Positions 9,969-19,560 are shown, counted from the stretch's first letter. The stretch: 64,000 nucleotides of DNA from an uncultured Acidimicrobiaceae bacterium (GCA_963781955.1 CAWAHU010000002.1:51582-115581), one strand, 5' to 3'. Notes: generated by a model from the sequence alone, not told the origin. Numbers and translations are program-made.

Positions 9969-10147
9969 GGGTGCCCTCCGTGGTGTCGGTCGGCCGGACC
10001 TTCCGGCCGTCGTGGTGCCCGGAGAACGGTTCGCCGGCGGGCGGGCGGAGACGCGATTCTCGGCGTGCTCGGGGACTTCCCGTGCCTACCCAGGTGGCCC
10101 AACGGGGGTGTTCGCCCCGCGTGCTCCAGCCCTGTCATATTGGGGAC

Positions 10148-11926
10148 GTGCCGTTCGGCGGGGCAGCAACCATCACCCTCAAACAGAACCAAGAGGTCCT
10201 GTACCTCGCGGTCGTGGTCGTCGTGGTGGTCCTGGTCGCGGTGGTGGCCGCCCTGCTCGGCCGGCGCTCGGGCCGACGGGCCATCGCCCAGCGCCTGGCC
10301 GCCCTCGGGACCCGTCTCGGGCTCGATCCCCCTGAGGACGAGAACAACATCGAGACCTCGCTCGCCTACCTCGAGCAGGTGACTGGGGGCGCGGCTCAGG
10401 CGGTGACCGAGTCCAGCTCCGACGCCATCCGCCTCCGGCGGTCGCTCGACACCCTCACCCAGGGCGTGGTGCTCTGCGACGAGAACGGCACCGTCATCTA
10501 CCGCAACGGGCGCGCCAACGCGCTCATGGTGAGCCGTCACGGCGACGCCTTGGCCGCCCAGGCCGTGACCGAAGTGCTCGAGGACGCGTGGCACGAGGGC
10601 TCGGCCGAACGCACCCTGGACCTCTACGGCCCGCCCCGGCGCACCTTGCAAGTGCGGGCGCGTCAGATCGACGACGGTCGGCGGCCTCTCGGGGTGATCG
10701 CGCTGATCGAGGACATCTCCGAGCGCCGGCGGCTCGAGGAGATCCGCCGGGACTTCGTGGCCAACGTGAGCCACGAGCTCAAGACCCCGATGGGCGCGCT
10801 GGGGCTGCTGGCCGAGACCCTGGTCTCGGAGCCCGACCCCCAGGTGGCCCAGCGTCTCGCGGGGCGCATCCACAACGAGGCCTTCCGGGTCAGCCGGATC
10901 ATCGACGACCTGCTCGACCTCTCGCGGATCGAGTCCGAGGAAGCGCCGCCGCGCGAGCCGGTCCTGGTCAACCTCGTCATGGCCGACGCCATCGAGCGGG
11001 TGCGGGCCACGGCGGACCAGCAGGGCATCGAGATCGTGCTCCACGAGCCCTCGCCGCCGGTGGCCGTGATGGGTGACCGCCGCCAGCTGGTCTCGGCCAT
11101 GCACGCCCTGCTGGAGAATGCCATCACCTACTCGTACGACAACTCGAAGGTGGTGGTGAGCGGCACCGTGCAGCGCGCCACCCCCACGCCGACGCACCCC
11201 GCCGTGGCCACTGCAGCCCTGGTGGAAGACGCGGTCACGGGCCCCGATCCCGTGACCCGGCCCGAGCCCGTGACTGGCCCACCGACCGGCGAGGTACCCA
11301 CCGGCGAGGTCCCGGCTGGCCCACCGACCGGCGAGGTCCCGGCTGGCCCACCGACCGGTGAGGTCCCCACCGGCGAAGTCCCCATCGTGGCGCACGACGA
11401 GGCGGTGACCGGTGAGGTACCCGTCGTGCGGTCCACCCCCGAGGCTGCGGCCGCGGGCGACGAGGGCGAGAAGGGGAACGACCCGGATCCGAACGACCGT
11501 CCCGGTGCTCCCACCTTCACCCCCGAGATCCTCGACCAGTACTCACCGGCCAGCGGCGCCGTCACGGCGTCGCCCGCCACCGGGACAACGGCTCCGGTGG
11601 CCTCGGCCGAAGGCGACGTGGCCGCCGGCGGAGCAGCCGATGCACTGGCCGGTCCCAATTGGCGCGTCGAGGATCGCGACACCGTGCGGCTGTCGGTGCA
11701 GGACCACGGCATCGGCATCCCGGCACGCGACCTCGACCGGATCTTCGAACGTTTCTACCGGGTCGACCACGGGCGCAGCCGCGACACCGGCGGCACCGGC
11801 CTCGGGCTGTCCATCGTCCGCCACGTGGCCAACAACCACCAGGGGTGGGTGGACGTCGAATCGCGCGAGGGTGAGGGCTCGACGTTCACCCTGGTGCTGC
11901 CCATCCAGACCGAGCGGGTGGCGTGA
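10148..11926 (+). CDS. senX3: Sensor histidine kinase, SenX3-like (TM, PAS, HisKA, HATPase) with a large low-complexity insert in the ATPase domain
   Basis: H-box FVANVSHELKTPMGAL, PAS-like VVLCDENGTVIYRNGRANAL, N-box LLENAITYS, and G-boxes DHGIGIP / GGTGLGLSIV. GTG at 10148 precedes the TM helix. The stop overlaps the regX3 start. Confidence 0.85.
   Translation: MPFGGAATITLKQNQEVLYLAVVVVVVVLVAVVAALLGRRSGRRAIAQRLAALGTRLGLDPPEDENNIETSLAYLEQVTGGAAQAVTESSSDAIRLRRSLDTLTQGVVLCDENGTVIYRNGRANALMVSRHGDALAAQAVTEVLEDAWHEGSAERTLDLYGPPRRTLQVRARQIDDGRRPLGVIALIEDISERRRLEEIRRDFVANVSHELKTPMGALGLLAETLVSEPDPQVAQRLAGRIHNEAFRVSRIIDDLLDLSRIESEEAPPREPVLVNLVMADAIERVRATADQQGIEIVLHEPSPPVAVMGDRRQLVSAMHALLENAITYSYDNSKVVVSGTVQRATPTPTHPAVATAALVEDAVTGPDPVTRPEPVTGPPTGEVPTGEVPAGPPTGEVPAGPPTGEVPTGEVPIVAHDEAVTGEVPVVRSTPEAAAAGDEGEKGNDPDPNDRPGAPTFTPEILDQYSPASGAVTASPATGTTAPVASAEGDVAAGGAADALAGPNWRVEDRDTVRLSVQDHGIGIPARDLDRIFERFYRVDHGRSRDTGGTGLGLSIVRHVANNHQGWVDVESREGEGSTFTLVLPIQTERVA
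11276..11384 (+). repeat. In-frame tandem repeats encoding GPPTGEVP / TGEVP units inside senX3
   Basis: GGCCCACCGACCGGCGAGGTNCC occurs three times, interleaved with ACCGGCGAGGTCCC units. The translation is GPPTGEVPTGEVPAGPPTGEVPAGPPTGEVPTGEVP. Confidence 0.85.
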
Positions 11927-12699
11927 GCAAGCCGAGCGCAAAGTCCTCGGGCAAGAAGGCGGCGCGCCCTGCGCCAGGGGACGGCCCGGTCAAGGTGCTG
12001 CTCGCCGAGGACGAGGAGTCCTTCGTCGAGGCCCTCGTAATCGGCCTGAGCAACGAGGGCTTCCGGGTGACCGTGGCGCGTGACGGCATCGAGGCGCTGC
12101 AGCTGTTCGACGAGGTCCAGCCGGACATTCTGCTCCTCGACCTCATGCTGCCCAAGATGTCGGGCATCGACGTATGCCGCACCGTCCGGACCCGCTCGCA
12201 TGTCCCGATCATCATGGTGACGGCCAAGGGCACGGAGATCGACACTGTCGTCGCGCTCGAGGTCGGGGCGGACGACTACGTCACCAAGCCCTACCGGCTG
12301 CGCGAGCTCGTGGCCCGCATGCGCGCGGTGTTGCGCCGTGCCCCTGGGGGGTCCGAGGCGACCGACCTGGGTGGCTCCATCGAATTCGGCAGCGATGGGA
12401 CATGGGAGTCCAACGGGATCAAGGTCGACTTCGACCAGCGGCGAGTGTTCGTGCGCGGCGACGAGGTACACCTGCGGCGCAAGGAGTTCGAGCTGCTGCG
12501 CCTCCTGGTCGAGAACTCCGGGCGGGTGTTGACGCGCGACGTCCTCATCGACCGTGTCTGGGGCAGCGACTACATCGGCGACACCAAGACGCTCGACGTC
12601 CACGTCAAGCGTCTGCGCTCCCGCATCGAGGAGGACCCCTCGAACCCGGTCCTCATCACGACCGTGCGGGGCGTGGGCTACCGGTTCGCTGCCGCCTGA
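11923..12699 (+). CDS. regX3: OmpR/PhoB-family response regulator, RegX3-like
   Basis: Receiver domain VLLAEDEESFVEAL...DILLLDLMLPKMSGIDVC and a winged-helix C-terminus (LTRDVLIDRVWG...VDVHVKRLRSRIE...ITTVRGVGYRF). GTGA overlap with senX3. Confidence 0.9.
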   Translation: MSKPSAKSSGKKAARPAPGDGPVKVLLAEDEESFVEALVIGLSNEGFRVTVARDGIEALQLFDEVQPDILLLDLMLPKMSGIDVCRTVRTRSHVPIIMVTAKGTEIDTVVALEVGADDYVTKPYRLRELVARMRAVLRRAPGGSEATDLGGSIEFGSDGTWESNGIKVDFDQRRVFVRGDEVHLRRKEFELLRLLVENSGRVLTRDVLIDRVWGSDYIGDTKTLDVHVKRLRSRIEEDPSNPVLITTVRGVGYRFAAA

Positions 12700-12782
12700 T
12701 CCTCCCCCGGCTCTGCCGTGCGGGCCCTGCCGCTGCATAGGAACGGCCCGGTGGCGGCCGGCAGGCAGCGGTGCGGCGCCGG

Positions 12783-13529
12783 TCAGACGGTGAGGCGGGA
12801 GAAGTCGTCGGGGACGGTGGCGCCGGGCACGGCGGCCAGGTCGACCTGCCCCCCGATGTGGGTCAGCACCAGGTGGCAATCCGGGTGGGCGGCCTGGAGC
12901 GCGCGGACGCTCTCCTCGTCCATGTGGCTCGAGCGAACGCCGGGCGGCGTGTGCCGACCGTTGCACTCGACCACCAGGACATCGGCGGCGCCCGCCAGCT
13001 CGTGCAGACCGTCGCAGGGCGTCGTGTCGCCCGAGTAGGCGACGACCTGGCCCGGCCGCTCGAAGAGGTACCCGAAGCAGCGCAGGTACGGGACGTGGTC
13101 GACCTCGACGCCGCGGAAACGTAGATCCCCCGCCTCTTGCCACGACCCGTCGACCTCGACGTAGCGGAAATCGACGCGGTCGACAGCAGTTTCGTGCACC
13201 GTCCGCACCGCGCCGGCGTCGCACAACCCCACCAGGTGGTCCTCGATCCCCGGCGGGCCCACCACCCGGACCACGCGACCGCCGTCCACCTCGGCCGCCG
13301 CCTCGGAGAAGGCCTGCAACAAGAAGGGCCAGCCGAAGCAGTGGTCGGCGTGAAAGTGCGACACGACCACCACCTCGATTTCGTCGACCGCGAACCCGCA
13401 ACGGCGCAGGTGCGGCAGTGCGGTCGGCGACGGCTCGACGAGCACGGTGCCGTCCATGACGAAGCTGTTCCAGTAGCGGCCCGGTGGCGCCAGGAAGTTG
13501 CCGGTGCCGAGGAACGTGAGCTCGCTCAC
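12783..13529 (-). CDS. MBL-fold metallo-hydrolase
   Basis: HxHxDH motif VVVSHFHADHCFG. GTG at 13529 overlaps the serS stop (GTGA). The track ORF 12783..13769 is over-extended into serS. Confidence 0.75.
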   Translation of the reverse strand: MSELTFLGTGNFLAPPGRYWNSFVMDGTVLVEPSPTALPHLRRCGFAVDEIEVVVVSHFHADHCFGWPFLLQAFSEAAAEVDGGRVVRVVGPPGIEDHLVGLCDAGAVRTVHETAVDRVDFRYVEVDGSWQEAGDLRFRGVEVDHVPYLRCFGYLFERPGQVVAYSGDTTPCDGLHELAGAADVLVVECNGRHTPPGVRSSHMDEESVRALQAAHPDCHLVLTHIGGQVDLAAVPGATVPDDFSRLTV

Positions 13530-14830
13530 GGCGCCTTCAGCAACAGCTCGCCGCCGAGGTAGGGCGCCAGGACCTCGGGCAAGCGGACGGACCCGTCCTC
13601 CTGGCGGCCGTTCTCGACCAGCGCGGCCCAGATGCGGGGCCAGGCCAGGGCCGAGCCGTTCACTGTGTGCACCAGCTGCGGCGCGCCACCACCGGCCGGG
13701 CGGAAGCGAACGTTGGCTCGCCGCGCCTGGTAGTCGCGGAACCAGCTGACCGAACTCACCTCGAGCCAACGGTCCACCCCCGGCGCGTAAGCCTCCAGGT
13801 CGAACGTGCGCGCCGACGAGCCGCCGAGGTCACCGCAGCACAGATCGAGCACCCGGTAGCGGAGCTCGAGCTCCTGCAGCAGGGTCTCGGCCCGGCGCAG
13901 GATGTCGGCCTGCGCCTCCAGCCCGCCCTTGGGCGTGGCGTAGGCGAAGAGCTCCACCTTGTCGAACTCGTGCACCCGGAGCAGCCCACGCGTGTCGCGA
14001 CCCGCGGCGCCGGCCTCGCGCCGGTAGCAGGCGGTCGACGCGGTGTAGCGGACGGGGAGCGCCGACTCGCGAAGGATCTCGCCCCGGTGCATGGAGGTCA
14101 ACGGCACTTCTGCCGTCGGGATGAGCCATAGGTCGTCGCGCTCGACGTGGTACGCCTCGTCGGAGAACTTCGGCAGGTGACCGGTCGACGTCATGGTCTC
14201 CGTCAGCACCATGGTCGGGGGGCGGATCTCCTCGTAGTCAGACGCGTGCCGGTCGAGGGCGAAGGCGGTGAGCGCCCGCAACAGTCGCGCGCCGAGGCCC
14301 CGGTAGAGCGGGAACATCGAGCCCGACAGACGCGCCCCGCGCTCCATGTCGAGCAGACCCAGCGCTTCGCCGATCTCCCAGTGCGGCACCTGCTGGTGGT
14401 CCGGGCGACCCGGTTCGGGCCGTCCGGCCTCCTGCCCGGGCCACCACCGGCGCACCTCGACGTTGTCCTCCTCGCCGGACCCGTCGGGGGCGTCTTTCGC
14501 CGGGATGTTGGGCAGGTAGAGGAGGCCGGTCCGCCACTCGTCGGCCAGCGCGTCCGCCTCGGCCGCGGCGGCGCGCTCGTCCTCGCCCAGGGCGCGGCTG
14601 CGGGAGCTGAGCTCGGCCGCCCGCGCCTCGTCCCCCTCCTTCTTGGCCTGCCCGACCTGCTTCGAGAGCTCCTTCACCTCGGACCGCATGTCCTCGGCCT
14701 GCTTCACCTTGGCTCGCCACGCCACGTCCGCGACGAGCACGGCCTCCACTTCGGCCGGCTCAACGCCGCGCCGGGCCAGCGCGGCCTTCACCCGGTCGGG
14801 GTCGTCGCGCAGGGCTCGGATATCGATCAT
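13526..14830 (-). CDS. serS: Seryl-tRNA synthetase
   Basis: Full-length class II aaRS. The N-terminal coiled coil starts MIDIRALRDDPDRVKAALARRG. Motifs include RVHEFDKVELF and TLNGSALA-like VHTVNGSALAWPR. Confidence 0.95.
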   Translation of the reverse strand: MIDIRALRDDPDRVKAALARRGVEPAEVEAVLVADVAWRAKVKQAEDMRSEVKELSKQVGQAKKEGDEARAAELSSRSRALGEDERAAAAEADALADEWRTGLLYLPNIPAKDAPDGSGEEDNVEVRRWWPGQEAGRPEPGRPDHQQVPHWEIGEALGLLDMERGARLSGSMFPLYRGLGARLLRALTAFALDRHASDYEEIRPPTMVLTETMTSTGHLPKFSDEAYHVERDDLWLIPTAEVPLTSMHRGEILRESALPVRYTASTACYRREAGAAGRDTRGLLRVHEFDKVELFAYATPKGGLEAQADILRRAETLLQELELRYRVLDLCCGDLGGSSARTFDLEAYAPGVDRWLEVSSVSWFRDYQARRANVRFRPAGGGAPQLVHTVNGSALAWPRIWAALVENGRQEDGSVRLPEVLAPYLGGELLLKAP

Positions 14831-14856
14831 CCCTGCTCAAAGTAGCCTGCGACGCC

Positions 14857-15927
14857 ATGCCAGCCGTCGAAGTCTCGGGCCTCACCGTCCGCTACGGACC
14901 GCCGGGCACGCCCCCGGCCGTCGACGGACTCGACCTGCGCGCGGAGGCGGGCGAGGTCCTGGTCGTCCTCGGGCCCAACGGTGCCGGCAAGACGTCGACC
15001 GTCGAGACCCTCGAGGGCTACCGCACGCCCGTGTCCGGCACGGTGACGGTGCTCGGGCTGGACCCGGGCCGGGACCACGGCGCGCTGACCGGCCGGATCG
15101 GCGTGATGCTCCAGCGCGGCGGCGTGTACCCGATGCTCGGTCCGCGCCGGGCGATCGACCTCTTCGGCCGCTACTACGACGACCCCGTCCCGACCGATGA
15201 GCTGCTGGACCTGGTCGGCCTGCGCCGCGTGGCGACCACGCCGTTCCGCCAGCTGTCGGGCGGCGAGCAGCAGCGCCTCTCCCTGGCCCTGGCGCTGGTG
15301 GGCCGGCCCGCGGTCACCTTCCTCGACGAGCCGACCGCCGGGGTGGACCCCGAGGGCCGCATCGCCGTCCGCGACGTCGTCGCCGACCTGCGCCGGCGCG
15401 GCGTCTGTGTGCTGCTCACCACGCACGAGCTGACCGAGGCCGAGAAGATGGCGGACCGCATCGTGATCCTGGCGGCCGGACGTTCCGTGCTCGAGGGAAC
15501 GCCCCGGGAGCTCACCGGCACGGCCGGCACCGCAGGCGGGGCAGGTGGGCGTCCTGCTCCGGCGGTGGTGTCATTCGGAGCAGTGCCGGGCATCGACACC
15601 GTGGCGCTCGCGGCCGCCGTCGGACCGGGCACGGAGGCGGGCGAGACCGCGCCCGGCCGCTACCGCGTGGAGGCGGGCCCCGGCGTCGCCGCACCCGAGG
15701 TCACCGCCGCGGTCGCCACGTTCCTGGCCGCGCGTGGCGCCGCGCTCAGCGACCTGGTGGCCGGCCGCACGCTCGAGGACGTGTACTTCGAGGCGGTCGG
15801 CTCGGCCGCGGGCGAACCCGACGCGGCAGAGGGGGACGCGACCGCCGGGCCGGGGGGACGCCGCGGCCGGACGCGGAGCGGACAGGGGCGCAGCGGGCGG
15901 CGCCAGGGGCGGCGCTGGGAACAGTGA
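14857..15927 (+). CDS. ABC transporter ATP-binding protein (ABC-2/DrrA type) with an Arg-rich C-terminal tail
   Basis: Walker A GPNGAGKTST, signature LSGGEQQRLSLA and Walker B VTFLDEPTAGVD. The stop overlaps the permease start. Confidence 0.9.
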   Translation: MPAVEVSGLTVRYGPPGTPPAVDGLDLRAEAGEVLVVLGPNGAGKTSTVETLEGYRTPVSGTVTVLGLDPGRDHGALTGRIGVMLQRGGVYPMLGPRRAIDLFGRYYDDPVPTDELLDLVGLRRVATTPFRQLSGGEQQRLSLALALVGRPAVTFLDEPTAGVDPEGRIAVRDVVADLRRRGVCVLLTTHELTEAEKMADRIVILAAGRSVLEGTPRELTGTAGTAGGAGGRPAPAVVSFGAVPGIDTVALAAAVGPGTEAGETAPGRYRVEAGPGVAAPEVTAAVATFLAARGAALSDLVAGRTLEDVYFEAVGSAAGEPDAAEGDATAGPGGRRGRTRSGQGRSGRRQGRRWEQ

Positions 15928-16673
15928 CAGCACCGGCGCTGCGGCCGCTCGCCGCGCAGACCGAGGCGGAGATCTACATGACGCTCCGCCGCGGCGAGAC
16001 GCTGTTGCTCACGCTGGGCATCCCCGTCGTCTTCCTCCTGTTCTTCTCCAAGGTCTCGGTGGTGTCGACGCCGGGGACCACGCCGGCCAACTTCTTCGTG
16101 CCCGGGATCTTGTCGCTGGCCGTGATGTCGACCGCCATGGTCTCGCTCGGCATCGCCACCGGCTTCGAGCGTGGGTACGGCGTGCTCAAGCGGCTGGGCG
16201 CTACGCCGCTGGGCCGTCCGCGCCTGCTGGCGGCCAAGGTCGTCACCATCGTCGCCGTCGAGCTGCTGCAGGCCGCCGTGCTGCTGCCGGTCGGGCTGGC
16301 CCTGGGCTGGGACCCGGGCGGCGGCGGGGCCCCGGCCGTCGGGGCGGCGATCGCCGCCATCCTGCTCGGCTCGGCCGCCTTCGCCGGCATCGGGCTGCTC
16401 ATGGCGGGCACGCTGCGCGCCGAGGTCAACCTGGCCGCAACCAACGGCCTCTACCTGATCCTTCTGCTGCTCGGCGGCATGATCGTGCCCATCACCAAGC
16501 TGCCTTCGGGGTTGGCCGCCTTCGCCAAGCTGCTGCCGGCCGAGGCGCTGTCCGCCGCCCTCCACGCCACGCTCGGGCACGGGGTGCAACCCCCCGCGGA
16601 GTCCTGGGCGGTGCTGGCGGTGTGGGCGGTGGCGGCCCCGGTGGCCGCCTCGCTCAGCTTCCGCTGGGAATGA
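15924..16673 (+). CDS. ABC-2 type transporter permease
   Basis: 249 aa with six TM helices. Overlaps the ATPase gene by 4 nt. A similar transporter pair beside ctaA/ctaB is recalled from mycobacteria. Confidence 0.85.
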   Translation: MTAPALRPLAAQTEAEIYMTLRRGETLLLTLGIPVVFLLFFSKVSVVSTPGTTPANFFVPGILSLAVMSTAMVSLGIATGFERGYGVLKRLGATPLGRPRLLAAKVVTIVAVELLQAAVLLPVGLALGWDPGGGGAPAVGAAIAAILLGSAAFAGIGLLMAGTLRAEVNLAATNGLYLILLLLGGMIVPITKLPSGLAAFAKLLPAEALSAALHATLGHGVQPPAESWAVLAVWAVAAPVAASLSFRWE

Positions 16674-17297
16674 TGGCTCGCTCGTCGTCGGCGAACGTGG
16701 CCGGCGTCAGCTGCGCGCCGGGGACGACCTTGGCGATGGTGCCGTCGGCCCGCACGAACACGGTGTAGGGGTCGCCCGTGAACTCGAACTTCCCCGCGGT
16801 GATCGTGCCGTCCGAGTCGTAAGCCACGGGGAACGTCACCCCGGCGCTCTTGATGAACGCGGCCGCGTTCGACGGCGAGTCGAGCGTGTCCACCCCGACA
16901 ACACGGACGGAGGCCAGCGGTCCGGTCCCGGCGGACTGGCGGGCGACCGCGGCCGCCAGCGGAGGCAGTTCGGTGTGGCAGGCCGTGCACCAGTCGCCGA
17001 AGAAGAGGAGGACCGTCGGCTTCCCGTGGACCCCGGAGGAGGACGAGACCGATACGGTGGCCGGGCCGCTCGGACCGACGTTGTGCGCCGAGAAGGAGGG
17101 CACCGGGTCGCCCGGGCCGGGCTGGCCCGACGCGGTCCCCTTGCCGCCGGACCCGACGCTCGTGAAGAGGCCGATCCCGAGGACCACGGCGACCACGACG
17201 CCGACGAGCAGGAAGACCTTGCGGGGCCGGCGCGGCGGGGCGCGGCGCCCGGAACCGGGCCGGTGGCCGCCGGCGGGGCCGGCTCGGCAGTGGACAT
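16654..17297 (-). CDS. TlpA/ResA-like membrane-anchored thiol:disulfide oxidoreductase (start uncertain, probable frameshift)
   Basis: Thioredoxin fold with FFGDWCTACH (CxxC) after a TM anchor KVFLLVGVVVAVVLGIGLF. No in-frame start lies between the ctaB stop and the TM helix. ATG at 17297 (MSTAEPAPPAATGP...) is in another frame, which implies an indel within 17215-17290. Confidence 0.7.
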
Positions 17298-17309
17298 CGC
17301 GCCTCGACG

Positions 17310-18245
17310 CTAGTGAACGAGGTTGGTGAGGAGGACGTCGCCCGCCATGGCCACGAAGAGGATGGTCAGGTAGGTGATGGAGTAGCCGAACACCTTCATG
17401 GCGTCGCGCCCGGCCACCTCGCCGGTCTGGGCCAGCCCCCACAGCCGGGTCACCAGGTAGAGGAACACCGCGCCCAGGACGGCGGCGGTGACCATGTACA
17501 CCCAGCCCAGGTCGGCCACCGGCCCGAGCAGGAAGGTCACGGCGACCAGGGCCACCGTGTAGTACACGATCTCGGTGGTCGTGCGCTTCATGGATGCCAC
17601 GACCGGGAGCATGGGCACGTCGGCCGCCCGGTAGTCCTCCTCGTAGCGCACGGCCAGGGCCCAGAAGTGCGGCGGGGTCCAGATGAAGATGATGGCGAAC
17701 ATCACCACGGGCGTCCACGAGAGGCTGTCGGTGACGGCCGCCCAGCCGACCAGGACGGGCACGGCGCCGGCGGCGCCGCCGATCACGATGTTCTGCGTCG
17801 AGCGCCGCTTGAGCCACAGCGTGTACACGAAGACGTAGAACAACGTGGCCGAGATGGCCAGCACCGCCGAGAGGAGGTTGACGGCCAGCCACAGCTCGAC
17901 GAACGCCGCCACCTCGAGCGTGAGCGCGAAGACCAAGGCGGCGGTCGGCGTCATGGCACCGGTGACCAGGGGACGGTTCCTGGTGCGGTTCATCAAGCGG
18001 TCGATGTCGCGGTCGACCACCATGTTGATGGCGTTGGCGCCGCCCGCCGCCAGTGCGCCTCCGGCCAGGGTGGCCACCATCAACCACACCGGCGGGACCC
18101 CGCGCCGGGCCACCACCATGGTGGGGAGCGTGGTGACCAGGAGGAGCTCGATGATGCGTGGCTTGGTCAGGGCGACATATGCCCCGACCGTCTGCCACGA
18201 CCACCGTGCCCGCCGGCCCTCGATGGCGGCTGCCTCGACCGACAT
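17310..18245 (-). CDS. ctaB: Protohaem IX farnesyltransferase (haem O synthase)
   Basis: UbiA-family polytopic protein with YVALTKPRIIELLLVTT, NMVVDRDIDRLMNRTRNRPL and FIWTPPHFWALA. Confidence 0.95.
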   Translation of the reverse strand: MSVEAAAIEGRRARWSWQTVGAYVALTKPRIIELLLVTTLPTMVVARRGVPPVWLMVATLAGGALAAGGANAINMVVDRDIDRLMNRTRNRPLVTGAMTPTAALVFALTLEVAAFVELWLAVNLLSAVLAISATLFYVFVYTLWLKRRSTQNIVIGGAAGAVPVLVGWAAVTDSLSWTPVVMFAIIFIWTPPHFWALAVRYEEDYRAADVPMLPVVASMKRTTTEIVYYTVALVAVTFLLGPVADLGWVYMVTAAVLGAVFLYLVTRLWGLAQTGEVAGRDAMKVFGYSITYLTILFVAMAGDVLLTNLVH

Positions 18246-18312
18246 GCGGGCCTCAGCCTATGCACATGGCCGCCTGGGGGCCAAGCGACCGACGCCGGTA
18301 CGATTGGCCCGC

Positions 18313-19335
18313 GTGTCGCCCCGCCGCACCCTCTCCGTCTCGCCCACCGTGTTCCACCGCCTGGCCGTGGTCTCCCTGGCCTTCGTGGCCCTCATCGTGC
18401 TCACCGGCGGCGCGGTCCGGCTCACCGGCTCGGGCCTGGGCTGCAGCAACTGGCCCGAGTGCTCGGCCGGCCACCTGAGCCCGGCCCTCCATTTCCACAG
18501 CTGGGTCGAGTTCGGGAACCGCCTGGTCACGGTGCTCATCACGGTCCTGGCCGCCGTGACGCTGGTGGCCTCGATCCTCCGCTCGCCCCGCCGGCGCGAC
18601 CTGGTCTGGCTGAGCGTCGGGCTGGTGGGCGGGATCCTGGCCCAGGCGGTGATCGGCGGGATCGTCGTGTACACGAAGCTGAACCCGTACCTGGTGCAGC
18701 TGCACTTCTTCGCCAGCATGCTCCTGGTGGCGGACGCCGTCGTCCTCGTGCACCGCTCCACGCGTGCCTACGCGCCCGGCTCGGGCCGGCCGCTCGTGCC
18801 GCGCCCGGTGATCCGCCTCTTCTACGGCCTGCTCGCCCTGCTGGCCGTGGTGATCGCCGCCGGCACCGCCACCACGGGCGCCGGGCCCCACGCCGGGGAG
18901 AGCTCGGGCCAGGAGGTGGCGAAACGGATCCCGGTCGCCTTGCGGGACATGGCCGAGGTGCACTCGACCCTGGCCCTCCTCCTGGTGGGCGTCACCGTCG
19001 GGCTGGTCGTGGCCCTCCAGTCGGCCGACGTGCCCGAACGTGTCCGGCGCTCGGGCCGGATCCTCCTCGTCGTCATGGTGGCCCAGGCCGCCGTGGGCTA
19101 CGCCCAGTACTTCTCCCACCTGCCGGCGCTCCTGGTCGAGTTGCACCTGGCCGGCGTCACCGCCCTCGTCGTCGGCATGGTGCAGACCTTCCTCGTGTGC
19201 ACGCACCACCCCCCCGAAGTCCTCACCGCCCCGGTTGGCGGCGGTGCGGTGGCACACGGGGTGACCGTCGGCGCGACGCAGGCCGGGGGCGCCTTCGGCG
19301 CGACGCAGGCCGGGGGCGCCTTCGGCGCCACGTAG
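18313..19335 (+). CDS. ctaA: Haem A synthase (COX15/CtaA family)
   Basis: Motifs GGAVRLTGSGLGCSNWPEC, EFGNRLVT and paired His-containing helices (LHFFASMLL, EVHSTLALLL, ELHLAGV). The start is uncertain (GTG 18313, TTG 18304 or ATG 18244). The track ORF from 17845 is antisense to ctaB. Confidence 0.85.
   Translation: MSPRRTLSVSPTVFHRLAVVSLAFVALIVLTGGAVRLTGSGLGCSNWPECSAGHLSPALHFHSWVEFGNRLVTVLITVLAAVTLVASILRSPRRRDLVWLSVGLVGGILAQAVIGGIVVYTKLNPYLVQLHFFASMLLVADAVVLVHRSTRAYAPGSGRPLVPRPVIRLFYGLLALLAVVIAAGTATTGAGPHAGESSGQEVAKRIPVALRDMAEVHSTLALLLVGVTVGLVVALQSADVPERVRRSGRILLVVMVAQAAVGYAQYFSHLPALLVELHLAGVTALVVGMVQTFLVCTHHPPEVLTAPVGGGAVAHGVTVGATQAGGAFGATQAGGAFGAT
19270..19323 (+). repeat. Perfect 27-bp tandem duplication at the 3' end of ctaA
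   Basis: GGCGCGACGCAGGCCGGGGGCGCCTTC occurs twice back to back (19270-19296 and 19297-19323), giving GATQAGGAF GATQAGGAF in the protein tail. Confidence 0.9.
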
Positions 19336-19357
19336 GCTCGGGCCGGCCACACCGCTC

Positions 19358-19433
19358 GCCCCCATCGTCTAGCGGCCTAGGACACCGCCCTTTCACGGCG
19401 GCAGCACGGGTTCGAATCCCGTTGGGGGTGCCA
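19358..19433 (+). tRNA. tRNA-Glu (anticodon UUC), CCA encoded
   Basis: Cloverleaf folded by hand. Acceptor GCCCCCA/TGGGGGT, anticodon stem CACCGCC/GGCGGCA region with loop CTTTCAC, T-arm CACGGGTTCGAATCCCGT. Confidence 0.9.
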
Positions 19434-19560
19434 ATTGGCATTGACCCTTTAGGGGCGAGCCAGCGTTGTAAGAGTTTGGTCGTGAGCTACCGGGGGTAGT
19501 CCATGCCAATGTGGTGCACCCGCGGCTAGGTAGGACCTGACAGGACGAGGCTCGGCTGAT

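Noticed and set aside
9923-11395. 490-aa minus-strand ORF
   Set aside because: Antisense to senX3, which has clear kinase motifs. The product is Arg/Gly/His/Asp-rich and matches no domain.
11923-11926. MIRU-like intergenic repeats between senX3 and regX3, as in mycobacteria
   Set aside because: The two genes overlap by 4 nt, so there is no intergenic space.
11755-13401. 548-aa minus-strand ORF
   Set aside because: Antisense to regX3 and out of frame with the MBL hydrolase. Arg/Gly/Pro-rich shadow ORF.
16654-18204. 516-aa minus-strand ORF spanning ctaB
   Set aside because: Only the last ~210 codons (TlpA-like) look real. The upstream part is an alternative frame of ctaB.
17313-19499. 728-aa plus-strand ORF
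   Set aside because: Antisense to ctaB and out of frame with ctaA. It also runs through the tRNA-Glu gene.
19434-19560. att-type duplicate of the tRNA-Glu 3' end, or an ncRNA directly after tRNA-Glu
   Set aside because: Only a weak inverted repeat is present (ATTGGCAT...ATGCCAAT). There is no copy of the tRNA 3' end here, at ~23300, or near 48100.
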